Of a stretch of 64,000 bases of DNA, positions 18,648 to 27,997 are shown piece after piece; the stretch's first letter is position 1, and every line of letters starts with the position of its first letter. The DNA is from an uncultured Pirellulales bacterium (GTDB lineage Bacteria; Planctomycetota; Phycisphaerae; Sedimentisphaerales; SM23-30): the NCBI GenBank assembly GCA_964537505.1, contig CAZICK010000003.1:13321-77320 (forward strand), read 5' to 3'. A program made the position numbers and the translations under genes. The notes below the pieces were generated by a model. That model was not told the origin of the DNA. It saw only the letters and a list, made by a program, of their open reading frames with translations, and did no database searches.

Positions 18648-19604
18648 TTATCTTTTGTCGTCGATAATCAGTTTTAGTGTCTGCTGCAGGTTGGTTTTAG
18701 GCTCGAATCCGGTCAGTTTTTTTATCCGGTCCAGCGAGGGTATCCGCCGCATCATGTCGTCGAAAGGTCGGCCGTAAGCCTGTTGATAGGGGATGTATCG
18801 TTTTTCGCTGGCACTGCCGGTCAGTTCGATTATTTTGTCTGCCAGGGCCTCGATAGTGGTTTCTTCGGTCGAGCCGATGTTGTACACACTGCCAGGCGAT
18901 TCGGGACAATCAATCAGGCCCATCAGCCCGTCGATCACGTCCTGTACGTAACAAAAACATCGCGATTGTTTACCCGTACCGTAGATTACGACAGGGTCAT
19001 TTTTCAGTGCTTGGTCCACAAATCGCGGTATCACCATTCCGTACTGTCCGGTCTGACGCGGCCCTACTGTATTGAAAAGACGAACCACTATGACCGGCAG
19101 TTCATATTGCTGATGGTAAGCTAACGCCAGGAACTCATCGATCGCCTTACTGCACGCGTAAGACCAGCGGCTGAACCTGGTACTGCCCAGGACCGTATCA
19201 TCGTCTTCCCGAAACGGCACATTTTCACTTTTGCCGTACACCTCACTGGTCGAGGCCAGCAGTACTTTTTTGTGGAACTTGTTAGCCATCTCCAGCACGA
19301 CTTCGGTGCCGTGGATGTTGGTCTCGATCGTTCTGACCGGCTGATCGACGATAAGCTGGACGCCGACCGCCGCGGCCAGATGAAATATGACATCACACTG
19401 CCGGGTCAGGCGGTACATCGTTTCGGGGTTCCGCACATTGTCCTGAACGAATTGGAACTGCCGATGGTCATATACTGTTTCGATATTCTTGAGACTGCCT
19501 GTACTCAGATCGTCGATTACGACCACTTCATGACCGGTCTGCAAAAGCCGTTGGGTCAGATGCGATCCGATGAACCCGGCGCCTCCTGTAACTAATGCCT
19601 TCAC
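18648..19604 (-). CDS. NAD-dependent nucleotide-sugar epimerase/dehydratase
   Basis: VTGGAGFIGSHL, ASTSEVYG, YACSK (YxxxK), RLFNTVGPRQ. Confidence 0.92.
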   Translation of the reverse strand: MKALVTGGAGFIGSHLTQRLLQTGHEVVVIDDLSTGSLKNIETVYDHRQFQFVQDNVRNPETMYRLTRQCDVIFHLAAAVGVQLIVDQPVRTIETNIHGTEVVLEMANKFHKKVLLASTSEVYGKSENVPFREDDDTVLGSTRFSRWSYACSKAIDEFLALAYHQQYELPVIVVRLFNTVGPRQTGQYGMVIPRFVDQALKNDPVVIYGTGKQSRCFCYVQDVIDGLMGLIDCPESPGSVYNIGSTEETTIEALADKIIELTGSASEKRYIPYQQAYGRPFDDMMRRIPSLDRIKKLTGFEPKTNLQQTLKLIIDDKR

Positions 19605-19786
19605 TTGCTTTTTCCGTTCTTATACCCATTGGGTATAACTTACACTTTCTCATCTCAATGAGTTAACATAATACCATCGGTCGATCGGAAGCTGGTAACT
19701 TGTCGAGTCACATTATAGCGTTTCGCCGGATGGGGGCAAGGGAAAGAATTTTCACCTCTGCAATCCCGCTCAACTGTGTATATCAG

Positions 19787-20935
19787 TCATAAAGGCGAAA
19801 GCTCCAATAATCGCTCAACAACATGTGGAATGTGCTTTAGCGTATAATCAATGTCATCGTCGGTGTTATACCTGCTGAGACTAAAGCGGATAGAGCCATG
19901 GACCGAGGTAAACGGAATCCCCATTGCGCGTAACACGTGAGACGGTTCCAATGAGCCGGATGTACAGGCTGAGCCGGACGAAGCGGCTATTCCGAGGTCG
20001 TCGAGCATCAGAAGAATGGATTCGCCTTCGATCTTCCCAAAACCGACATTAACCGTATTCGGCAGCCGAGGCTGTCCACCCCCGGCAATGGCTGCCTCCG
20101 GGCATGTTTTTAGGATGCCGGCCTCCAGCCGATCGCGCAGTGCCTTGACTCGCACCATTTCTTTTTTCATGTGGATTTTCGACAGTTCGCAGGCTTTTCC
20201 CAATCCGACGATATACGGTACATTTTCAGTCCCGGCCCGTTTGCCGTTTTCCTGATGACCGCCCAGTATTAGTGGATTCACCCTCGTGCCTTTTCGGATA
20301 TACAGTGCCCCAATTCCCTTTGTGGCATGAATTTTGTGGCCCGACAGCGAAAGGATGTCTATCGGCGTTTTCCTGACGTCTATCGGCAGCTTGCCGACAA
20401 TTTGCACTGCATCGGTGTGTATGATACAGCCTGTCTGCTTCACGAGTTTCGTTATTTCATCAATTGGGAAGATTACCCCGGTCTCGTTGTTCGCCCACAT
20501 AATCGAGACGATCGCGGTATCTGCAGTGAGACTGTCTTTTAGCTGGTCGATGTCGAGCCGTCCCTGAGAATCAACCTGCAATTCAGTGAGTGTGCAGCTA
20601 TGGTTTCGCAAATGCCGACACACGGCAAGCACCGCAGGATGTTCGACCCGAGTCGTAATGATATGTGGATGTCCGCCGTGTGCTTCGACCGCACCTCTAA
20701 TGGCCATATTGTCGCTTTCCGTACCGCAACTGGTGAAAATGATTTCCGATGGATCAGCGCCTATCAATGATGCCACCTGTTCGCGTGCTCGTTCAACGTG
20801 TTTCTTAACCTGACCTCCGAACGTGTGCATACTAGAAGGATTACCCCAAAGATTCTCAAAAAAGGGAACCATTGTCTCAATAACCTCAGGAGCTACCTGT
20901 GTGGTGGCGTTATTGTCGAGATACACATTCCTCAC
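19787..20935 (-). CDS. nifS: Cysteine desulfurase NifS/IscS
   Basis: YLDNNATT, MWANNETG, HTDAVQ, SGHKIH, SSGSACTS. Confidence 0.95.
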   Translation of the reverse strand: MRNVYLDNNATTQVAPEVIETMVPFFENLWGNPSSMHTFGGQVKKHVERAREQVASLIGADPSEIIFTSCGTESDNMAIRGAVEAHGGHPHIITTRVEHPAVLAVCRHLRNHSCTLTELQVDSQGRLDIDQLKDSLTADTAIVSIMWANNETGVIFPIDEITKLVKQTGCIIHTDAVQIVGKLPIDVRKTPIDILSLSGHKIHATKGIGALYIRKGTRVNPLILGGHQENGKRAGTENVPYIVGLGKACELSKIHMKKEMVRVKALRDRLEAGILKTCPEAAIAGGGQPRLPNTVNVGFGKIEGESILLMLDDLGIAASSGSACTSGSLEPSHVLRAMGIPFTSVHGSIRFSLSRYNTDDDIDYTLKHIPHVVERLLELSPL

Positions 20936-21780
20936 AGCTCAACCTCCTCAACAAACAGATCATCGCAGACAAATTCACGAAGCTTTGGCTGAACAACATT
21001 TATTATCGTAACTTTTGCGATTCTGCACTTTGCACACGCTCCCCGAAACGATACCAGAACACGATCTCCCACCACGTCGATCAATTCTATATCACCACCA
21101 TCCTGCCGCAATGCGGGCCGAATCTCTCGTTCGATTGTTTCCTCGATAAGTTTTATCTTTTGGATATTAGTCATCTTCTTACGTGGAGGCTCGGCCTCAG
21201 CAACTTCGACGGGTTTGCCCAGTATCCTGGAAATAATTTGTGCTATGTCTGCCCTGCAACCGCCGCAACCACCGCCGGCCTTGCAGTAATTGGTCACATC
21301 CTCTACCGTTGAAAGATTATTTTCGCGAACTACCTGTTCTATTTCAAGCTCTGTTACCCCGAAACAAGTGCATACAATTCGGCCTTCAAGCTCCCTTAAT
21401 CCCTTTTCGCCGGTCCGGTAGTTATTTATCGCTGCCTGAAGTGCTTCCCTGCCCATAACCGAACAGTGCATTTTTTGTTCCGGCAACCCGCCGAGATAAT
21501 CAGCTATATCGCGGTTGGTCACCTTTTCCGCCTCTTCCAGCGTCATGCCTTTAATGATTTCCGTCAATGCCGACGAAGAGGCTATAGCACTGGCACAGCC
21601 GAACGTCTGAAACCTGGCATCTGCTATCCGGCCGTCTGCATCCAGCGAAAATGTCAGCTTGAGCATGTCCCCGCAGGCAAGCGAACCTGTCTCTCCGATG
21701 CCATCGGGATTCTCAACAACCCCCACGTTTCGAGGATTGCGGAAATGATCCTTAACTTTTTCTGTATAGTCCCACATCAT
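20932..21780 (-). CDS. nifU: Fe-S scaffold NifU (IscU + BFD-like [2Fe-2S] + Nfu domains)
   Basis: ACGDML, TFGCASAIAS, KMHCS; CTCFGV...GGGCGGC; DGGDIELIDV...GACAKC. Confidence 0.93.
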   Translation of the reverse strand: MMWDYTEKVKDHFRNPRNVGVVENPDGIGETGSLACGDMLKLTFSLDADGRIADARFQTFGCASAIASSSALTEIIKGMTLEEAEKVTNRDIADYLGGLPEQKMHCSVMGREALQAAINNYRTGEKGLRELEGRIVCTCFGVTELEIEQVVRENNLSTVEDVTNYCKAGGGCGGCRADIAQIISRILGKPVEVAEAEPPRKKMTNIQKIKLIEETIEREIRPALRQDGGDIELIDVVGDRVLVSFRGACAKCRIAKVTIINVVQPKLREFVCDDLFVEEVEL

Positions 21781-22688
21781 ACTGTTATACCTATCATGTT
21801 TTCTACAGCCTTTAGTGCTCGGCTACGAACCTCAGCCGACACCTCGACTTTATGCTCCATTTTCTCAAGAGACCAGAGTACTTTTTCTATGGTCGTCAGT
21901 TTCATATTCGGACACACGCCAGCTTCTGAAGCTGCATAAAACCGTTTACCTGGGTTTTCCTTTTTGAGCCGATGAATTATGCCTGGTTCCGTTGCGATAA
22001 TGAACTTCTGTGCGTCGCTGTTTTTCGCATACCTGCACATCCCGCTTGTCGAAAGGACAACATCAGCCATATCGCGTATCGGTCTGGGACACTCCGGATG
22101 GGCCATGGTAATCGCGTCAGGGTGCTGAGCCTTTGCACGCGCAATATCACCTTCACGAATATGAACATGCGTTGGGCAGTAACCATTCCATAACACCATC
22201 CTCCGCCCCGTTTTCTGGGCAACATAATCCCCAAGGTACTTGTCGGGCACGAAAATGACCTCTTCATCGTCCTTCAGGGATTCTACAACGTTTACGCTGT
22301 TCGACGACGTGCAGCAATAGTCGCTTTCCGCTTTCACTTCCGCACTGCTGTTGACATAACAGATGACCGTAGCGTTTGGATGCTCCCGCTTTAATTGTCG
22401 CAACTGTTCAGCGTCGATCATATCAGCCATGGGACAACCGGCGTTTACGTCCGGCAATAAAACCGTCTTCCCCGGACTCAATATCGCTGCCGTCTCAGCC
22501 ATGAAATGAACACCGCAAAACACAATAACTTCAGCGTCAGTCTCAGCAGCACGTTGGCTTAACTCCAGTGAATCGCCGAGAAAATCCGCAATATCCTGCA
22601 CCTCAGGCAGTTGATAATTATGCACCAAAATTACTGCTTTACGCTCTTTTTTAAGAGTTTCTATCTTGTTTTTTATTGGCTCAATCAT
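21777..22688 (-). CDS. nadA: Quinolinate synthase
   Basis: LVHNYQ, GDSLELS, FCGVHFMAE, AGCPMAD, CYVNSSA, HPEC, CPNMK. Confidence 0.96.
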   Translation of the reverse strand: MIEPIKNKIETLKKERKAVILVHNYQLPEVQDIADFLGDSLELSQRAAETDAEVIVFCGVHFMAETAAILSPGKTVLLPDVNAGCPMADMIDAEQLRQLKREHPNATVICYVNSSAEVKAESDYCCTSSNSVNVVESLKDDEEVIFVPDKYLGDYVAQKTGRRMVLWNGYCPTHVHIREGDIARAKAQHPDAITMAHPECPRPIRDMADVVLSTSGMCRYAKNSDAQKFIIATEPGIIHRLKKENPGKRFYAASEAGVCPNMKLTTIEKVLWSLEKMEHKVEVSAEVRSRALKAVENMIGITV

Positions 22689-22719
22689 TAACGCCACCCA
22701 TCTACTAATCTTCTCGGAA

Positions 22720-23169
22720 TCAGATACAGTAATCCGCGGCACATTCTCCCCTTGCCGTATGGTCATTATCCACGAGTTCCTGGAAGGTGACAGAATCGTA
22801 CACCTCGGCTACGGCATCGCGTGCTCGCGTCCACATATCTGTGAACGAGCATTTTTCCTTCAGCGGACATGGTTCGCCATTCGTTTCCGCCAGACATTTC
22901 ACCGGCGCCAGTGACCCGTCGATATACTTGATGATCTGCCCGGTGGCCAAATCTTTTGGGGAAGCGACCAGCAAGTACCCGCCCTGCATACCCCGGCGTG
23001 ACTCGACAAAACCCCCGTGCTTGAGTTCGGCCAGGATAACCTCCAAAAACCGAACGGGGATCGCCTGAGCTTGAGCGATCTCGGCGATTTTTATTGGGGT
23101 GCGTCCGCCTCGCCTTGCCAACTCGAAAACCGCTCTCAAGGCATACTGACATTTCTGCGAAACATTCAT
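22720..23169 (-). CDS. Rrf2-family transcriptional regulator (IscR/CymR-like, three Cys)
   Basis: YALRAVFELA, FLEVILAELKHGGFVESRRGMQGGY, CLAETNGEPCPLKEKC. Confidence 0.92.
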   Translation of the reverse strand: MNVSQKCQYALRAVFELARRGGRTPIKIAEIAQAQAIPVRFLEVILAELKHGGFVESRRGMQGGYLLVASPKDLATGQIIKYIDGSLAPVKCLAETNGEPCPLKEKCSFTDMWTRARDAVAEVYDSVTFQELVDNDHTARGECAADYCI

Positions 23170-23194
23170 GTTTTCACCAAAAAATCCACAAATA

Positions 23195-23217
23195 ATCTTG
23201 ACTTATTCTATCAAGAT
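23195..23217. promoter_or_regulatory. Palindromic operator ATCTTGA-N9-TCAAGAT (putative Rrf2 site)
   Basis: Perfect 7-bp inverted repeat overlapping both divergent promoters. Confidence 0.7.
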
Positions 23218-23244
23218 GATAAACTATCAATGATCAGATGTCAA
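23216..23244 (-). promoter_or_regulatory. Sigma70-type promoter of the Rrf2-nadA-nifUS operon
   Basis: TTGACA-N17-TATCAT on the minus strand. Confidence 0.7.
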
Positions 23245-23381
23245 GTATTTTTGGTGGTTTTGTCAAAGATTCTTGGCAGTAGCGGACCGATACAAGCGTA
23301 TGTCCTTGAATAACAATGGGTTATGTTTAGTGTCGTTTTTTTTGCAAGGACTTTTTTGAGTAGTTGAAAGGGGCAGAAACA

Positions 23382-24692
23382 ATGAGTAGTAAGGATCATT
23401 ACGGTCTTGGCACGAAAGTTCTGCACGCCGGACAGGATGTCGACCCGGCCACGAATGCACGGGCGGTGCCGATTTATCAGACCACATCGTACATTTTCAA
23501 TTCGGCCGAACATGCCGCCAACCTGTTCGGCCTGAAGGAATTCGGCAACATTTACACCCGCATCATGAATCCGACGACGGATGTGCTGGAGAAGCGGCTG
23601 GCGGCCCTGCATGGGGGCGTTGGTGCATTGGCGCTTTCCTCGGGTGCGGCAGCGGTGGCAATGGGGGTATTGAATATTACCAAGGCCGGTCAGAACATCG
23701 TCTCAAGCGATGCTTTGTATGGCGGGACATACAACGCGTTTCATTATACGCTGCCTAAGCTGGGCGTGGAGGCACGGTTTGTGGATTCGTCCGATCCGGA
23801 CAATTACTCGCAGGCAATCGATGAAAACACGCGATTGCTGTATGTTGAGTCGATTGGCAATCCCAAGAATAATGTCGATGATTTCAGGGCTATAGCGGAT
23901 ATCGCTCATGCTCATAATATTCCGTTGATGATGGACAATACAGTTTCACCACTGATATTTAATCCTTTTGAGCATGGCGCAGATATTGTGGTATATTCGC
24001 TGACAAAGTTCATTGGCGGTCATGGTACGAGTATCGGCGGCGCGATTGTGGATTCGGGAAAGTTCGACTGGTCAAAAGGAGATTTTCCGGAGATAACCGA
24101 ACCGGACCCATCATACCATGGTTTGGTGTTGTGGGATGCATTCGGATTGCATGATGAGGCGTTGATACGCGGGGCAGCGTATATAATGAAGGCTCGTTTG
24201 CAGTTATTGCGAGATATAGGGGCGTGCCTTTCGCCTTTTAATGCTTTTTTGATATTACAAGGGCTGGAAACGCTGCATTTGCGAATGCCGCGGCATTGTG
24301 AAAATGCCCTGGCGTTGGCGCAGTGGCTGGAAAAGAACCCCGCGGTGGCCTGGGTGAACTACCCCGGTCTGCCGAGCCATCGGGACTATAAGAATGCCAG
24401 GAAGTATCTGCCGAACGGTGCCGGAGCGATTATGGGGTTTGGCATTAAGGGAGGTAAAGAAGCAGGCGTCAAAGTGATCGAATCGGTCAAACTGTTCAGT
24501 CACCTGGCTAATGTTGGCGATGCCAAAAGTTTGATTATTCACCCAGCCTCGACGACACACCAGCAGCTTTCTTCGGAGGAGCAACTGGCGGCCGGGGTGA
24601 CGGAAGATTTCATCCGTCTTTCAATTGGTATCGAAGATATTGAAGATATAATTGCCGATCTTGATCAGGCGATCACGGCATCACAGAGGTAA
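23382..24692 (+). CDS. metY: O-acetylhomoserine aminocarboxypropyltransferase (sulfhydrylase)
   Basis: [52 protein letters not shown]. Confidence 0.95.
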   Translation: MSSKDHYGLGTKVLHAGQDVDPATNARAVPIYQTTSYIFNSAEHAANLFGLKEFGNIYTRIMNPTTDVLEKRLAALHGGVGALALSSGAAAVAMGVLNITKAGQNIVSSDALYGGTYNAFHYTLPKLGVEARFVDSSDPDNYSQAIDENTRLLYVESIGNPKNNVDDFRAIADIAHAHNIPLMMDNTVSPLIFNPFEHGADIVVYSLTKFIGGHGTSIGGAIVDSGKFDWSKGDFPEITEPDPSYHGLVLWDAFGLHDEALIRGAAYIMKARLQLLRDIGACLSPFNAFLILQGLETLHLRMPRHCENALALAQWLEKNPAVAWVNYPGLPSHRDYKNARKYLPNGAGAIMGFGIKGGKEAGVKVIESVKLFSHLANVGDAKSLIIHPASTTHQQLSSEEQLAAGVTEDFIRLSIGIEDIEDIIADLDQAITASQR

Positions 24693-24713
24693 TTGTGCCC
24701 AATGGGTGTGAGT

Positions 24714-25889
24714 ATGGATTCGAATAGTCAACAGAAAGAATATCCCGGACTGGGTCTGGTAGAGACTCAACACGTGGAGTTGTGCAAAGACGGTTTGAAG
24801 CTCGACAGTGGCGTTACGATCGGTCCGGTGAACGTAGCTTACGAGACCTACGGAACCCTTAGCGAGCAAAAGGACAATGTCATTATGGTTTGTCATTCGC
24901 TTTCGGGTGGCGCCCATGCGGCGGGATGGCACCGCGGTGATCGTAAGCCTGGTTGGTGGGATATCATGGTTGGGCCTGGCAAGGCCTACGATACCGATCG
25001 ATATTATGTGATTTGTCCCAATTTGCTTGGCGGATGTTATGGTACGACAGGTCCGTCGTCGATCGATCCTAAAACAGGAAGACCTTATGGCATGAGGTTT
25101 CCAGTGGTGACGGTTCGCGACATGGTAAACCTGCAGATACGGCTGCTCGATCACCTGGGTATCGATCAGGTTCTGTCCGTGACGGGCGGCTCGATAGGCG
25201 GGATGATGGTTTTGCAGTGGGCGGTCTCATACCCCAAGCGTGTGCGGTCAGTGATTGCCATTGCCACCACGCATCGCCATTCTCCGCAGCAGATCGCATT
25301 CAACGAGGTGTCGCGGCAGTCGATCATGGCCGACCCGGCGTGGAAGAACGGCGACTATTACGACGGCGATGGACCTAAGATGGGTCTGGCGGTGGCACGG
25401 ATGATCGGCCATATTACCTATCTGTCGGAGCCGGGCATGGAGCAGAAGTTCGGCCGCCGACTGCGCGATCGCGAACGGTACGGATACGATTTTTCCAAAG
25501 AATTTGAAGTTGAAACATATTTGGAACATCAGGGGCAAAGTTTTGTGGAGCGGTTTGACGCCAACTCGCTACTATATATAACGAAAGCGTTGGACTACTT
25601 CGATTTGTCTAACGGTTTTGATTCGTTGACCGAGGCGTTTCGTGGCTGCCCGACAGTTTTTTTGTTGATTGCCTTCTCGTCGGACTGGCTCTATCCACCG
25701 CATCAAATGAAGGGCGTGGCCAAGGCGATTCGCCGTTCCGGCGGCGACGCTACATATTATGAGATCAGCAGCGACTACGGGCACGATGCCTTTTTGTTGG
25801 AGTATAAAAAGCAAACACCATTGATTCAGTCTTTCCTGGAACGGGCATACCGAACGCATAGCATAATGGATGAGAAATATAATGCCTGA
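24714..25889 (+). CDS. metX: Homoserine O-acetyltransferase
   Basis: YETYG, CHSLSG, GGSIGGM nucleophile elbow, FDANS, YGHDAFL. Confidence 0.95.
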   Translation: MDSNSQQKEYPGLGLVETQHVELCKDGLKLDSGVTIGPVNVAYETYGTLSEQKDNVIMVCHSLSGGAHAAGWHRGDRKPGWWDIMVGPGKAYDTDRYYVICPNLLGGCYGTTGPSSIDPKTGRPYGMRFPVVTVRDMVNLQIRLLDHLGIDQVLSVTGGSIGGMMVLQWAVSYPKRVRSVIAIATTHRHSPQQIAFNEVSRQSIMADPAWKNGDYYDGDGPKMGLAVARMIGHITYLSEPGMEQKFGRRLRDRERYGYDFSKEFEVETYLEHQGQSFVERFDANSLLYITKALDYFDLSNGFDSLTEAFRGCPTVFLLIAFSSDWLYPPHQMKGVAKAIRRSGGDATYYEISSDYGHDAFLLEYKKQTPLIQSFLERAYRTHSIMDEKYNA

Positions 25890-26499
25890 GCATATTGTCA
25901 ATCAAGAGAAAATATATCGCTGGATTATCGAACATACGCCTGAAAAGGGGCGTGTACTGGATATTGGTTGTGGCGACGGTGAACTGCTGGCCAACCTTGT
26001 AGAAAAACGCGGCGTACGTGGCACCGGCATCGAGATATCCGAAGAATGTGTAATGCACGCGGTACAGCGTGGGTTGTCGGTACATCACGGCAATGTCGAG
26101 GAAGGTCTTGACCATTATGACGACGGTACGTTTGATCTGGTGATTATGTCACTGACCATCCAGGAAATAGGTGATCTGCGGCGAGTGATAAACGAAGCTT
26201 TCCGAGTAGGCAAACAAATTATTGTGGTTTTTCCAAATTTTGGTTACTGGCGTGGACGCTGGCAACTGGCGATAAGCGGCCGGGCGCCACAAACGTGCAA
26301 TTTGCCGTACAGTTGGCATGACTCACCCAACCGGCATTTCTTTACCGTTGCCGATTGGGATGACTTTTGTCGGCAGGAAGCATGGCGGTGCCTGGAAAAA
26401 CATTTTCTGGCGGCAGGCAAATCTGTAGGTTTTTTGACCAATTTACGGGCGGAGGTGGCGATGTATTTGATGGAAAAAGGAGATCACGGTAATGAATAG
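25882..26499 (+). CDS. metW: Methionine biosynthesis protein MetW
   Basis: VLDIGCGDG, FPNFGYW, P(Y)SWHDSPN, downstream of metX. Confidence 0.9.
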   Translation: MPEHIVNQEKIYRWIIEHTPEKGRVLDIGCGDGELLANLVEKRGVRGTGIEISEECVMHAVQRGLSVHHGNVEEGLDHYDDGTFDLVIMSLTIQEIGDLRRVINEAFRVGKQIIVVFPNFGYWRGRWQLAISGRAPQTCNLPYSWHDSPNRHFFTVADWDDFCRQEAWRCLEKHFLAAGKSVGFLTNLRAEVAMYLMEKGDHGNE

Positions 26500-27418
26500 T
26501 CCTGTTGATAAAGATTTGGCCAAGCTGACTGACAAGGTTCTGGCCAGCTACCGACGTGAAAAGCAAACCAAACGAATCGGTGAGATGTGCCTGCCGTCAC
26601 GGGCAAAAATTATCGAAATCCTCGAACGAATTCGACAATTACTTTTCCCCGGATATTTCGGCCACAAGGAACTGACGCAGCAGAACGTGCAGTTTCACGC
26701 AGGCAATCTCCTGGTGCAAGTTGGCAAAAATTTGGCTGAGCAGATATACAATTGCCTGTGCACCTGTCATAGTGATGAGAAAGTCAGGGTGTGCCAAAAA
26801 AAGGCCGGGGAAATCGCACGTGATTTCCTGGCCAGGATTCCTCAGATTCGCACGTTCTTGGCGATGGATGCCCAGGCGTTTTACGACGGCGACCCAGCCG
26901 CTAAAAGCCTCGACGAAATCATTTACTGCTATCCCGGCTTTTACGCAATAACCGTTTATCGCATTGCTCATGAACTGCTGGAACTGGGCGTTATGTTAAT
27001 GCCTCGGATAATGACCGAATACGCTCACAGCATTACCGGCACGGACATCCACCCCGGCGCGAAAATAGGCAAACGGTTCTTTATCGATCACGCAACCGGC
27101 GTAGTCATCGGTGAAACAACACAAATAGGCGATAACGTGAAGATATATCAGGGTGTAACACTTGGTGCGAAGAGCTTTCCCAAGGACGAACGTGGCAGGG
27201 TCATCAAGGGCTTCAAGCGGCATCCAACTATCGAGGACAATGTTACGATATACCCCAATGCGACCATCCTCGGCGGCCAAACCGTCATCGGCAAAGGAGC
27301 AACAGTCAGCGGCAATGTTTACATCACCGAATCTGTTCAGCGCAACAGCCTGGTCAAGCAGGAAACTCCAAAACTCCAAGTAATCCGCAAGCTAACAAAA
27401 AAATCAAAAAAGACATAG
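26492..27418 (+). CDS. cysE: Serine O-acetyltransferase (long form)
   Basis: GDPAAKS..EII.CYPG, DIHPGA.IG..FFIDH.TGVVIGET, KRHPTIED. Confidence 0.92.
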   Translation: MNSPVDKDLAKLTDKVLASYRREKQTKRIGEMCLPSRAKIIEILERIRQLLFPGYFGHKELTQQNVQFHAGNLLVQVGKNLAEQIYNCLCTCHSDEKVRVCQKKAGEIARDFLARIPQIRTFLAMDAQAFYDGDPAAKSLDEIIYCYPGFYAITVYRIAHELLELGVMLMPRIMTEYAHSITGTDIHPGAKIGKRFFIDHATGVVIGETTQIGDNVKIYQGVTLGAKSFPKDERGRVIKGFKRHPTIEDNVTIYPNATILGGQTVIGKGATVSGNVYITESVQRNSLVKQETPKLQVIRKLTKKSKKT

Positions 27419-27486
27419 GATACCACAAACCGCGTAAGAGCATGTGCTATATATGGCAGATTTTAGCGTCTTCCATAACCCATCTT

Positions 27487-27747
27487 CTACACCTTGATTT
27501 TGCAACTCTTTTCTACCGTGATCTCTTCGAGAATTTTGTCTTCATCGATCTGAAAATGGTTCCGCGGTTTGGGGGCGGCAAGATACTTGCGATACCCTGT
27601 ATTGCCAACCAATGCCTTCTCGCCCTGCTTGAGGTGTTCACGCAGACTCTCAACAATAGCGTTGCGGTCGGCAACAATGCAAATACGGTCGATACAAAAT
27701 TTGCTTTTGAGGCGGTCAACAATCGGAACCAGCGTCTTTACATCCGC
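27487..27747 (-). pseudogene. IS1634-like transposase fragment, internally deleted (absent from ORF track)
   Basis: Hand translation ADVKTLVPIVDRLKSKFCIDRICIVADR|NAIVESLREHLKQGEKALVGNTGYRKYL...HFQIDEDKI resembles two non-adjacent segments of IS1634-family transposases. Confidence 0.65.
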
Positions 27748-27894
27748 TTTGAGGTAAAAAACACAAAATCATCATTTTTAGTCTAAAAACGCTATTTTCC
27801 GCCTCCCAAAAAGACGCAACTGTAGAAGATGGGTCAAACGTGACTGGTATTTGGTCTGGCATTTTCACTTGGCATTGGTATAATGCCGGGCGGC

Positions 27895-27960
27895 TGTGCA
27901 GACTGGAGAGAGCGGATTCCAACAGCACCGAAGACTTGACAAACGCCCGGCAATATGAAG
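27895..27960 (+). promoter_or_regulatory. Glycine-riboswitch-like (degenerate) leader
   Basis: CTGGAGAG (27903) ... CACCGAAG (27926) signature directly upstream of gcvPA. The expected CTCTCAGG is degraded to CGCCCGG. Confidence 0.4.
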
Positions 27961-27997
27961 AATATCCACGGGAATCGCAATCGAATGGAGAATCGCA

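Noticed and set aside
23260-23382. SAM (S-box) riboswitch before metY
   Set aside because: No ATC-AGAG/GAGGGA/GCAACC core is visible and the leader is short.
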